Assembly: GCF_032191835.1 (NCBI RefSeq)
Contig: NW_026800229.1
Span: 310,001-374,000, forward strand
Length of the DNA: 64,000 bases
Source of the DNA: Heteronotia binoei
Lineage: Eukaryota
Direction of reading: 5' to 3'
This document shows positions 42,850 through 54,209 of the stretch, in pieces. The notes beneath the pieces are model-generated. The model was not told the origin of the DNA, ran no database searches, and worked only from the letters and a program-made list of their open reading frames with translations. The position numbers were made by a program, and so were the translations under genes. Each line of letters begins with the position of its first letter. Within the stretch, counting starts at the first letter, position 1.

Positions 42850-44735
42850 TGTTGTTCAGACGCACAGTTGAGTCCGACTCTTTGCGGCCCCCTGGACCAA
42901 GTCCCGCCAGGCCCTCCTGTCTTCCACCATCCTCCGAAGTCTGCTCAAATTCGTGTTTGTGACATCAGTAATGCTGTCCAGCCATCTCCTCTTTTGCTGT
43001 CCCCTTCTTCTTTTGCCTTCTGTCTTTCCCAGCATCAGGATCTTCTCCAGGGAGTGCTCCCTTCTCATTGGGTGGCCAAAGTACTGGAGCTTCAGCTTCA
43101 GCATCTGACCTTCCAGGGAACAGTCTGGGTTGATTTCCCTTAGGACTGACTGACTGGATCTTCTTGCAGTCCAAGGGACTCTGAAGAGTCTTCTCCAGGG
43201 AGTGCTCCCTTCTCATTGGGTGGCCAAGAATTTGAGCTTCAGCTTCAGCATCCGACCTTCCAGGGAACAGTCTGGGTTGATTTCCCTTAGGACTGACCGA
43301 TAGGATCTTCTTGCAGTCCAAGGGACTCTTGAGTCTTCTCCAGTGAGGGCTCCCTTCTCCTTTGGTGGCCAAAGTATTTGAGCTTCAGCTTCAGCATCTG
43401 ACCTTCCAGGGAACAGTCTAGGTTGATTTTCCTTAGGACTGACTGATTGGATCTTCTTGCAGTCCAAGGGACTCTAGTTGTGTTATTGTTCAGTCACACA
43501 GTGGAGTCTGACTCTATGTGACCCCCTGGACCAAGTCCCGCCAGGCCCTCCTGTCTTCCACCATCCTCCGAAGTCTGCTCAAATTCGTGTTTGTTACATC
43601 AGTAATGCTGTCCAGCCATCTCCTCTTTTGCTGTCCCCTTCTTCTTTTGCCTTCTGTCTTTCCCAGCATCAGGATCTTCTCCAGTGAGGGCTTCCTTCTC
43701 ATTGGGTGGCCAAAGTATTGGAGCTTCAGCTTCAGCATCTGACCTTCTGGGGAACAGTCTGGGCTGATTTCCCTTAGGACTGACTGATTGGATCTTCTTG
43801 CAGTCCAAGGGACTCTTGAGTCTTCTCCAGTGAGGGCTCCCTTCTCCTTTGGTGGCCAAAGTATTTGAGCTTCAGCGTCAGCATCTGACCTTCCAGGGAA
43901 CAGTCTAGGTTGATTTTCCTTAGGACTGACTGACTGGATCTTCTTGCAGTCCAAGGGACTCTCAAGAGTCTTCTCCAGGGAGTGCTCCCTTCTCATTGGG
44001 TGGCTAAAGTATTTGAGCTTCAGCTTCAGCATCTGACCTTCCAGGGAACAGTCTGGGTTGATTTCCCTTAGGACTGACCGATAGGATCTTCTTGCAGTCC
44101 AAGGGACTCTTGAGTCTTCTCCAGTGAGGGCTCCCTTCTCCTTTGGTGGCCAAAGTATTTGAGCTTCAGCGTCAGCATCTGACCTTCCAGGGAACAGTCT
44201 AGGTTGATTTTCCTTAGGACTGACTGACTGGATCTTCTTGCAGTCCAAGCGACTCTCAAGAGTCTTCTCCAGGGAGTGCTCCTTTCTCCTTTGGTGGCCA
44301 AAGTATTGGAGCTTCAGCTTCAGCATCTGACCTTCCAGGGAACAGTCTGGGCTGATTTCCCTTAGGACTGACTGACTGGATCTTCTTACAGTCCAAGGGG
44401 CTCTCAAGAGTCTTCTCCAGGGAGTGCTCCCTTCTCATTGGGTGGCCAAAGTATTTGAGCTTCAGCTTCAGCATCTGACCTTCCAGGAACAGTCTGGGCT
44501 GATTTCCCTTAGGACTGACTGATTTGGGTCTTCTTGCAGTCCAAGGGACTCTCAAGAGTCTTCTCCAGGGAGTGCTCCCTTCTCATTGGGTGGCCAAAGT
44601 ATTGGAGCTTCAGCTTCAGCATCTGACCTTCCAGGGAACAGGGTTGATTTCCCTTCGACCGACTGATTTGATCTCCTTGCAGTCCAAGGGGCTCTCGAGA
44701 GTCTTCTCCAGCACCACATCTCAAAAGCATCGGCT
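42850..44735 (-). repeat. Two tandem BovB (RTE) 3' ends with ~146-bp sub-arrays (3 and 7 units)
   Basis: Translation LKLKLQYFGHPMRREHSLEKILMLGKTEGKRRRGQQKRRWLD...DRRAWRDLV is a BovB ORF C-terminus. CAGTCCAAG recurs about every 146-148 bp. Confidence 0.9.
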
Positions 44736-44814
44736 ACCTGAGCTCTAATACCTGAGAGAGAGAGGATGAGTCGGACGGAGCCCCTTCCCTAGGAGGAAAG
44801 GCTGAAGAGTCTAT

Positions 44815-45610
44815 GGGTGTCAAAGTCATTTGTTATGAGGGGCAGGTCTGCATTAATGAGACCTTGTCAGGCTGGGCCATGTTGGGCTGGGCCATGGGTG
44901 TACCTGTATAAGGTTAGGTAGCAGCAGGGCTTTTCTTGTAGCAAGAACTCCTTTGCATATGAGGCCACACCCTCTGATGTAGCCAATCCTCCTGGAGCTT
45001 ACTGTAGGCCCTGTACTAAGACTCCTATAAGCTCTTGGAGGATTTGCTACATCAGAGGGTGTGGCCTCATATGCAAAGGAGTTCCTGCTACAAAAAAGCC
45101 CTGGGTAGCAGAGATATAAACTTTATAAAGGCCACAAAAACAAAGATCTTTGCCCCAACAAACCTTAAAATAAAACATGCTTAGAACATTAGCACTTGCT
45201 GGTCTTAAAGGTGCTTTTCTTTGTATTTCTCCCACAGGATCCAGGGAACTGGGCAAAGGAAGCTCTGACTTTTCCCCTTCCTTCCCCAGGGGGCCAGGAG
45301 GGGAGTAGCCTCAGCCAATAGAAGGAAGAAAGGCTTGGCTCAGTGGCTCTGCTGTGTGATTGAGAGAGCCTGGCAAAGCAAGCTCTCCCTCCCCCTTCCT
45401 CCTCAAAGGAGGAGCCCCAGGCAATGGAGAATATAGAGGCTTTGCTCTGTAGTTCCTGTGTGATTGAATAAGCCTGGCAAAGCAAGCTGTGATGCAGAAG
45501 GAAGCAAGAGAGGGGGAGAAGGAAGCAGATGACAGCCAGTTGCTCAGGGGCCTGATAGGAACTTTCCAGGGGCCTGATTTGGCCTCCAGGCCACATGCTT
45601 GACACCCCTG
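44815..45610. mobile_element. hAT-type MITE (relative of 29830) hosting a nested MITE
   Basis: GGTGTCAAAGTCATTTGTTATGAGG start and TTGACACCCCTG end. Confidence 0.7.
44925..45103. mobile_element. Near-palindromic hAT MITE (same family as 21080)
   Basis: CAGGGCTTTT/AAAAGCCCTG ends. Perfect TSD GGTAGCAG (44917-44924, 45104-45111). Confidence 0.88.
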
Positions 45611-46139
45611 GTCTGCAGGGACTTTGTAGTTGAGAAAAGAGATGATGGGGGGGGGGGGGAGGGACACATGATTCAGGTTAGTCAAATTATGCACAGGGTG
45701 AAGAGAGCTGACAAAGAGAGCTTTGGCTCCCTCTCCCCAAAGACTAGAACTTGAGGGCATCCAGTGAAGCCAACGGGCAGGAGTTTCAGGGTGGAGAAAT
45801 GGCTCCAGGCCCCCTCCCCAAAGAGGCCCCACACGTGACCCTCAGCCCTTCAATCACTGCAGGTCAGCCTCCACAGCTCTGCCACCCTGGCTGGTGCCTC
45901 CTCCTGGCTCTTGAGCATCCCTTCAGCTTCTGGAGATCTGTTTTCAAAGAGGCCTGCCCAGCTGGGCTCACACAGGCCTCTTCGCCAGACCCCTCCCCCT
46001 CCCACTGAGCCCCCTTCATGCTGAAGTTGCCCTCCCCCCATACGTATTTCAGAAAATGTGTTCATCAGTAGTCATGCCCCTCCCTGTCCCCCCCCTCCAA
46101 ATCTGGAACAGTTGTGGGGCCTGCATACGTATTCATGAA

Positions 46140-47220
46140 CATTAGAACATAAGAGAAGCCCTGTTGAATTAGCCCAATGGCCCATCCAGTCCAACACTCA
46201 GTGTCACACAGTGGCCAAAAAAACTCAGGAAGTCCTTCAGTGGGGCCAGGACACTAGAAGTCCTCCCACTCTACCCCCCCGCCCCAGCACCAAGAATACA
46301 GAGCGTCACTGCCCCAGACATAAGAACATAAGAGAAGCCCTGTTGGATCAGGCCAATGGCCCATCCAGTCCAACACAGTGTGTTACACAGTGGCCAAAAA
46401 ACCCAGGTGTCATCCGGAGGTCCACCAGTGGGGCCAGGATACTAGAAGCCCTCCCACTGTGCCCCAAAGCACCAAGAATACAGAGCGTCACTGCCCCAGA
46501 CATAAGAACATAAGAGAAGCCCTGTTGGATCAGGCCAATGGCCCATCCAGTCCAACACTGTGTGTTACACAGTGGCCAAAAAACCCAGGTGTCATCCGGA
46601 GGTCCACCAGTGGGGCCAGGATACTAGAAGCCCTCCCACTGTGCCCCAAAGCACCAAGAAGACAGAGCATCACTGTTCCAGACATAAGAACATAAGAGAA
46701 GCCATGTCGGATCAGACCAACTGCCCAACATTCTATGTCACACTGGGGCAAAAAAACCCAAATGCCATCAGGAGGTCCATCAGTGGAACCAGGACACTAG
46801 AAGCCCTCCCACTGTTGCCCCCCGAAGCACCAAGAATACAGAGCATCACTGCCCCAGACAGAGAGTTCCATCAATACACTGTGGCTAACAGCCACTGATG
46901 GACCTCTGCTCCAGATGCTTATCCAATCCCCTCTTGAAGCTGGCTATGCTTGCAGCTGCCACCACCTCCTGTGGCAGTGAATTCCACGTGTTAATCCCCC
47001 TTTGGGTGAAGAAGGACTTCCTCTTATTCATTCTAACCCGACTGCTCAGCAATTTCATTGAGTGCCCACGAGTTCTTGTATTGTGAGAAAGGGAGAAAAG
47101 GACTTCTTTCTCTACTTTCTCCATCCCATGCATTATCTTGTTAACCTCAATCATGTCACCCCTCAGTTGACATTTCTCCAAGCTAAAGAGCCCAAGAATT
47201 TTAACCTGTCTTCATAGGGA
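46140..47220 (-). mobile_element. CR1 fragment with the 3' terminal ~180 bp repeated four times
   Basis: Tail starts at ~46140, 46318, 46499 and 46682. CR1 ORF2 translation at 46885-47181. Confidence 0.85.
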
Positions 47221-47254
47221 AGTATGAACTATGACTCTGCATGAACCTCTCAGG

Positions 47255-47470
47255 GAGGGGGAGGGGCCATGTCTCAGTGGCAAAGCATCTGCTCGGCATG
47301 CAGAAGGTCCCCAGTTCAGTGCCCAACATCTCCAGCTTAAAAGGAACCAGGCAGGAGGTGATTGGAAAGACTTCCTCTGCCTGAGACCCTGGAGAGCCGC
47401 AGCCCTTTGGAGCAGACAAGACCGACCCTGACAGACGAAGGGACTGATGCAAGATAAGGCAGCTTCCGGT
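47255..47470 (+). mobile_element. tRNA-derived SINE with CR1-like tail
   Basis: Similar to 38970-39165. Confidence 0.6.
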
Positions 47471-47610
47471 ACCCTGCATCCTTAGTTTGCAGGGCTGGCC
47501 CTGGAGTGCTGGGCACCCTAGACAAGGCTAACTTCTGGGGCCCTGCCTGCATGGATAACATCACCAAATCACATGGGGGGCACCCAATTCGGCACCCCCA
47601 GAAAGCTGGC

Positions 47611-47920
47611 TCCCTAGGGAGTTACCTAGTTTGTCCAGTGGCAAAGACCAGCCTGCCGTCAGCTGCCCCAGAGACCCAGTGAGGCAAAGCAATTAGAAAA
47701 CCTCAGCTCTGTGCACATCAGGGCTTCCCCATGGCTCTCAGGAACACCTCTCTTGGGGCACGATCACACACAAAAGCTGCCAGGTGGGGTGCCGGGAATT
47801 TGCACATGGGGCGTTCTACATGAGGAAGACAGCTCAGCCGTGGCAGTTGAGGAAAGAAACCAGACTGCAAAGGGTTGCCGGCAACTGAGCTCACCGTTGC
47901 TGCCTGAGCGGGAGGTAATC
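47611..47920 (+). promoter_or_regulatory. Candidate receptor promoter and 5' exon (O/E site TCCCTAGGGA, homeodomain site CAATTAG, donor AG|GTAATC)
   Basis: Perfect EBF palindrome at 47611-47620, CTAATTG on the minus strand at 47690-47696, donor at 47915, all in non-repeat sequence upstream of receptor 4. Confidence 0.4.
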
Positions 47921-48732
47921 CTTGCTAGGGAACTGGGGAGGGGGTGGGCAATGACTGAGCCTTTGGTGGGAAGGAGAAGCCGGCCGGACAGGATGTGTGG
48001 AGTGGCCCAGGAGGAAATCCCTTTTCTCTTGCTTCAAGTGCCCCTTCCTTCTTTGACTGGTTTCAGACGTTGTTTGCATTAAAAATATTATCCCAACAAA
48101 ACAAGATAAGAAATGCAAATATTGTTAATCCATGTTTGAAATGCAAAAGGCCAGGGTAACCCTAGATAGCCCGATCTCATCCCATTACAGAAGCGAAGTA
48201 GGTGAGGAGGGAAGGGCAGGAACCAGAAAAATGTGGTCCCTTTCCTTTTGTGGCTCATGGTGTGCCCAATTCATGAACCATGAACTTTTTAGGTGCCAAA
48301 TGAACAAGGTTGGTTTGTGAGGTCTGTGGTGCAGTAGAACCCCCTCCCCCAGTGTGCTAGACACCAAACTCACTGGGGATCTCTGGCTACGTGCCTTCCA
48401 AGTTTGGGGGGACTGGAATCACTGGGTTCTAAGTTTTACCCCACCCCAAAGAAAGTGCCCCCTGGAAAGTGCTCTTGAGTAAAATCTCAGGTGCAGGTTC
48501 AAAAGTGCAAGCTACACACCCCAAAGGCACCTCTCTTTGCTGCCAGCTCCCCTACAGCCTCTCGCCTGTTGCTTTGAAGTTTGGTAGACTTTTTGATTGA
48601 GCAGAGACGGACTGAAAAGTTTGAGGAAAGTTCATACTGGTTGACTTGCCACAAAGGTCGGTTCATGAACTGGCCACAATTCATCATGAACTTCAGTTCG
48701 TGAGCCAGTCAGGCCCACCCCTAGTAGGAATA

Positions 48733-49395
48733 ATAGAATCTTAGAGTTGCAAGGGACCTCCAGGGTCATCTAGACTAACCCTCTGCACAATGCAGGGACC
48801 TCACAAATACTGCCCCCCCCCCCCAAGTTCCCAAGATCCACATTGCTGTCAGATGGCCATCCAGTTTCTGTTTAAAAACCTCCAAAGAAGGAGAGCCCAT
48901 CTCCTCCTGAGGAAGCCTGTTCCACTGAGGAATCACTCTAACGGTCAAGAAGTTCTTTCTAATGTTGAGCCAGAAACTCTTCTGATTTAATTTCAACCTA
49001 CCGGTTCTGGTCCTACCTTCTGGGGCCACAGAAAACAATTCCACACCATCCTCTATAGGACAGCCCTTCAAGTCCTTGAAGATGGTGATCCTATCACCTC
49101 TCAGCCACCTCCTCTCCAGGCTAAACATCCCCAGCTCCTTCAGCCTTTCCTCATAGGACTTGGCCTCCAGACCCCTCACCCTCTTCATCGCCCTCCTCTG
49201 GACTCGTTTCAGCTTGTCTAGATCCTTCTTAAAATGTGGTGCCCAAAACTGAGCACAATACTCTGGGTGAGGTCTTGCCAGAGCAGAGTAAAGCGATACC
49301 ATCACATCACGTGATCTGGACACTAGACTTCTGTTGATACAGCCCAAAATTGCATTTGCCTTTTTAGCCACCGCATCACACTGTTGGATGGGGTT
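48733..49395 (-). mobile_element. CR1 ORF2 3' fragment
   Basis: Translation [49 protein letters not shown]. Confidence 0.88.
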
Positions 49396-49609
49396 TGGAT
49401 GGGAGCCCAGCAACAAAGCTCAGGTTGAATATGCAGGTTGAAGGTTGGCGGTTTTAAACCCCCTTCTGAGGTCCATCAGTGAGTCCAGGGCACTAGAAGC
49501 CCTCCCACTGTTGCCCTCCCAAGCACCAAGAAGACAGAGCATCACTGCCCCAGACAAAGAGTTCCAACAATATGCTGTGACTATAGCCACTGATGGACCT
49601 CTGTTCCAT

Positions 49610-50420
49610 TAGGAAGAACTTCCTGACCATTAGTGCGGTTCCTCAGTGGAACAGGCTTCCTCCTCGGGAGGTGGTGGGCTCTCCTTCCTTGGGGGTTTTT
49701 AAGCAGAGGCTATGAATTAAGGATGCGGATCCTGTGAATTAAGCAGATCAAGAGAAGAAGGGTGAGAACTGTTGTATCAGTGCTGAGTTCTTGTGGCTCT
49801 TTCTTACACTCCCAGGGAAATGCTGATGGCCATTTTGGGGTCAGTCAGCAATTTTCTCCAGGCCAGTTTGGCCAGGGATCCTGGAGGGTTTTGTCATCTT
49901 CTGGGTGTGGAGCCTGCAAGGGTGTGTGTGTGTGTGGGGGAAGTTATTTGTGAAGTTCCTGCATTGTGTGGGGGGCTGAACTAGTTGACCCTGGAGGTCC
50001 CTTCCAGTTGTATGATTTTATATGATGTAGTGGTGAAGAGTGGTGAACTCTAATCTGTAGATCACATGAAGTGATGGTGTTGCTTTACTCTGCTCTGGTA
50101 AGACCTCACCTGGAGTCTTGTGTTCAGTTTTGGGCACCACATTTTAAGAAGGGTTTAGACAAGCTGGAACGGGTCCAGAGGAGTGCGACGAAGATGGTGA
50201 GGAGTCTGGAGACCAAGTCCTATGAGGAAAGGTTGAAGGAGCTGGGCATGTTTAGCCTGGAGAGGAGGCGGCTGAGAGGTGATAGGATCACCAAGTCCTT
50301 GATGGGCTGTCCTATAGAGGGGTCTGGAGACCAAGTCCTATGAGGAAAGGTTGAAGGAGCTGGGCATGTTTAGCCTGGAGAGGAGGCGGCTGAGAGGGGA
50401 TAGGATCACCATCTTCAAGT
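49610..50420 (+). mobile_element. CR1 fragments (3' end plus ORF2 piece with internal duplication)
   Basis: Translation [23 protein letters not shown]. The GAGACCAAGTCCTATGAGGAAAGG segment is duplicated. Confidence 0.75.
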
Positions 50421-50699
50421 ACTTGAAGGGCTCTCTCAGACATACCTGCCTCACAGGGTGTCTGTTGTGGGGAGAGGAAGGGAAGGAGATGGGAAGCCAC
50501 TCTGAGATTCCTTGAGGTAGAGAAAAGCAGGCAAAAAAACCCCACTCATCTCCTTCATGCTCAGGGATCTAGTGGCCCGCACCAAAGCATGCACTCAGTG
50601 GGGAAGGCCTGGGTTGATATACTGTCAGTGCAATCGACCTGTGAAGATTTATGAATGCAGTCAGCCCTGCACATCACTCATCCTGTACTCACCATACTC

Positions 50700-51080
50700 C
50701 AGGACAGTTTCTGGGAGAGCTCTCTCAGCCCCACCCACCTCACAGGGTGTCTGTTGTGGGGGGGAGAAGATATAGGAGATTGTGAGCCACTCTGTCTCTG
50801 TCTTTGAAAGGGCAGCTGCTGTGAGAGCCCTCTCCAGCCCCACCCACCTCACAGGGTTTGATTCCCCACTCCTCCACTTGCACCTGCTACCATGGCCTTG
50901 GGTCAGCCATAGCTCTGGCAGGAGTTGTCCTTAAAAGGGCAGCTGCTGTGAGAGCCCTCTCAGCCCCACCCACCTCACAGGGTGTCTGTTGTGGGGGAGG
51001 AAGGTAAAGGAGATTGTGAGCCGCTCTGAGACTCTTCGGAGTGGAAGCAGGATATAAATCCAATATCATCTTCTTCTTAG
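50700..51080 (+). mobile_element. Squam3-like SINE pieces
   Basis: Body and tail motifs CCCACCTCACAGGG...GATATAAATCCAATATC. Confidence 0.65.
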
Positions 51081-51158
51081 AGAAAGCATTTGTCTCTTTA
51101 AATCATTTCTCCAAGCCAAGCCATCCAGAGTCTTGGTGAATACATTTTAAGTTAAAAG

Positions 51159-52592
51159 TTGCTTTCTTTCCACCTCTCCCCACATCTATTTGCTTTCTTT
51201 CCACCTCTCCCCCCATCTATTTGCTTTCTTTCCACCTCTCCCCACATCTATTTGCTTTCTTTCCACCTCTCCCCCCATCTATTTGCTTTCTTTCCACCTC
51301 TCCCCCATCTATTTGCTTTCTTTCCACCTCTCCCCCATCTATTTGCTTTCTTTCCACCTCTCCCCTCATCTATTTGCTTTCTTTCCACTTCTCCCCACAT
51401 CTATTTGCTTTCTTTCCACCTCTCCCCTCATCTATTTGCTTTCTTTCCACCTCTCCCCACATCTATTTGCTTTCTTTCCACCTCTCCCCCCATCTATTTG
51501 CTTTCTTTCCACCTCTCCCCTCATCTATTTGCTTTCTTTCCACCTCTCCCCTCATCTATTTGCTTTCTTTCCACCTCTCCCCCCATCTATTTGCTTTCTT
51601 TCCACCTCTCCCCCCATCTATTTGCTTTCTTTCCACCTCTCCCCTCATCTATTTGCTTTCTTTCCACCTCTCCCCCCATCTATTTGCTTTCTTTCCACCT
51701 CTCCCCCATCTATTTGCTTTCTTTCCACCTCTTCCCTCATCTATTTGCTTTCTTTCCACTTCTCCCCCCATCTATTTGCTTTCTTTCCACCTCTCCCCCC
51801 ATCTATTTGCTTTCTTTCCACCTCTCCCCTCATCTATTTGCTTTCTTTCCACCTCTCCCCCCATCTATTTGCTTTCTTTCCACCTCTCCCCCATCTATTT
51901 GCTTTCTTTCCACCTCTCCCCTCATCTATTTGCTTTCTTTCCACCTCTCCCCCCATCTTTTTGCTTTCTTTCCACCTCTCCCCACATCTATTTGCTTTCT
52001 TTCCACCTCTCCCCCCATCTATTTGCTTTCTTTCCACCTCTCCCCACATCTATTTGCTTTCTTTCCACCTCTCCCCCATCTATTTGCTTTCTTTCCACCT
52101 CTCCCCCCATCTTTTTGCTTTCTTTCCACCTCTCCCCACATCTATTTGCTTTCTTTCCACCTCTCCCCCCATCTATTTGCTTTCTTTCCACCTCTCCCCA
52201 CATCTATTTGCTTTCTTTCCACCTCTCCCCCATCTATTTGCTTTCTTTCCACCTCTCCCCTCATCTATTTGCTTTCTTTCCACCTCTCCCCACATCTATT
52301 TGCTTTCTTTCCACCTCTCCCCCATCTATTTGCTTTCTTTCCACCTCTCCCCCCATCTTTTTGCTTTCTTTCCACCTCTCCCCCCATCTATTTGCTTTCT
52401 TTCCACCTCTCCCCCATCTATTTGCTTTCTTTCCACCTCTCCCCCATCTATTTGCTTTCTTTCCACCTCTCCCCTCATCTATTTGCTTTCTTTCCACCTC
52501 TCCCCACATCTATTTGCTTTCTTTCCACCTCTCCCCACATCTATTTGCTTTCTTTCCACCTCTCCCCCCATCTATTTGCTTTCTTTCCACCT
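51159..52592 (+). repeat. 30-31-bp pyrimidine-rich minisatellite (~46 units)
   Basis: Unit TTTGCTTTCTTTCCACCTCTCCCCCCATCTA, varying mainly in the C tract. Confidence 0.97.
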
Positions 52593-52742
52593 ACATACTT
52601 TCCTTCATTCTTTCCTGTCTTGTGGCTCTCCAGCATTTGACATTTATTCCACGTGGCTCTTAAAATTAGCCTGTTTGGCCATCCCTGCTCCAGGATCACC
52701 GCTGATGTGCTCCTTGTGTTTTTATTTCCATGCAGGTCCTGC

Positions 52743-53708
52743 ATGGAGAATGTCTGTCTTCATGGAGCCCCTCAGAACCAGAGCTCTGTTCCTCCCATGT
52801 TCATCTTGACCGGCATCCCAGGATTAGAAGAAAGGAGCAACTGGGTCGCCACCCTCTTCTGCTCCCTGTACTTCCTGGCCATCTTGGGAAACAGCCTCAT
52901 TCTCCTTGTGGTTGCAAAGGAGCAAGGTCTCCACAAGCCCATGTACCTTTTCCTCTCCATGCTGGCGCTGAGTGAGCTGGGCATCTCTCTCTCCTCTGCT
53001 CCAACGGTCCTGAACCTCTTCCTCTTTGACGTCAGGGAGATCGGGATCAATGCCTGCCTGGCCCAGATGTTCTTCATCCACTCTTTCTCCATCATGGACT
53101 CAGGAGTCCTCTGGGCCATGGCCTTTGACCGTTTCGTAGCCATCTACAACCCCCTGCAGTACGCCGCCATCCTGACAAACTCTCGGGTCGTTATGATAGG
53201 TTTGGTGGTTGCTGCAAGGAGCGTCGTCCTAATGATACCTCTGCCTGTCCTTCTGCGGGGGCTGCCCTTCTGCAGGCCCAACGTCCTGGCTCACCCCTTC
53301 TGCTTACACTCCAATTTAATCCGTTTTCCGTGTGCTGACATCACAGTGAACAGCCGATGTGGTCTGTTTGTTGTGCTCTCTACTTTTGGGCTCGATTCGT
53401 TATGTATTGTCCTCTCCTACATCATGATCCTCAAGACGGTGCTGGGCATGGCTTCGAAAGAAGGGCGTCTGAAGGCACTCAACACCTGCGTCTCCCACAT
53501 CTGTGCCGTGGTGGTGTACTACGTCCCGATGATCGGCGTCTCCATGGCACATCGTTTTGGCAAGCACGCTTCTCCCCTTCTGCACTCCCTCATGGCCAAC
53601 ATCTACCTCCTGGTCCCCCCAGTCCTGAACCCCATCATCTACAGCATAAAGACCAAAGAGATCCGCAAGGCTTTCAGGAAGCTCTTCTCTCTGAAAAGTT
53701 CTTTGTAA
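52743..53708 (+). CDS. Class I olfactory receptor, OR51-like (321 aa), receptor 4
   Basis: ATG 7 nt after the acceptor TGCAG (52735). NQS, LHKPMYLFL, MAFDRFVAIYNPLQY, KALNTCVSHICAV, HRFG, PPVLNPIIYSIKT. Confidence 0.94.
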   Translation: MENVCLHGAPQNQSSVPPMFILTGIPGLEERSNWVATLFCSLYFLAILGNSLILLVVAKEQGLHKPMYLFLSMLALSELGISLSSAPTVLNLFLFDVREIGINACLAQMFFIHSFSIMDSGVLWAMAFDRFVAIYNPLQYAAILTNSRVVMIGLVVAARSVVLMIPLPVLLRGLPFCRPNVLAHPFCLHSNLIRFPCADITVNSRCGLFVVLSTFGLDSLCIVLSYIMILKTVLGMASKEGRLKALNTCVSHICAVVVYYVPMIGVSMAHRFGKHASPLLHSLMANIYLLVPPVLNPIIYSIKTKEIRKAFRKLFSLKSSL

Positions 53709-53924
53709 GGGAAAAGTAGACTAGTTTCACACTGGGCCTGTTCTGGGTGGAGAGCCCTTTTGCTCCTGGCACTTCTCTCCATTTTCACACAAGCTGCCCC
53801 GGAGCTGCAAGTTGGCACACCACTTTCCCACAGCAAGCAAGATCCTCTTACAAGCAATTTCAGCTTGCTGTGGGAGAGTGGCATACCAACTTACAGCTCC
53901 ATGGCGGGGACAGTGGAGGAGGGA

Positions 53925-54205
53925 TGGTGGCTCAGTGGTAGAGCATCTGCTTGGTAAGCAGAAGATCGTAGGTTCAATCCCCAGCATCTCCAACTCAAAA
54001 GGGTCCAGGCAAATAGGTGTGAAAACGTCAGCTTAAGACCCTAGAGAGCCATGAGTGGGGCTGTGGCTCAGTGGTAGAGCATCTCCTTGGTAAGCAGAAG
54101 GTCCCAGGTCCAATCCCCGGCATCTCCAACTAAAAAGGGTCCAGGCAAGTAGGCGTGAAAAACCTCAGCTGGAGACCCTGGAGAGCCGTTGCCAGTCTGA
54201 GGAGA
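53925..54205 (+). mobile_element. Tandem pair of tRNA-derived SINE heads
   Basis: Two TGGCTCAGTGGTAGAGCATC heads (~53927, ~54063). Confidence 0.7.
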
Positions 54206-54209
54206 CAAG

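Noticed and set aside
43514-44407. 297-aa repetitive ORF
   Set aside because: Translation of tandem BovB units, with no independent coding evidence.
51159-52809. 480-539 aa ORFs in three frames, one overlapping the receptor 4 start
   Set aside because: The 31-bp unit lacks stop codons on this strand, giving low-complexity translations of a minisatellite.
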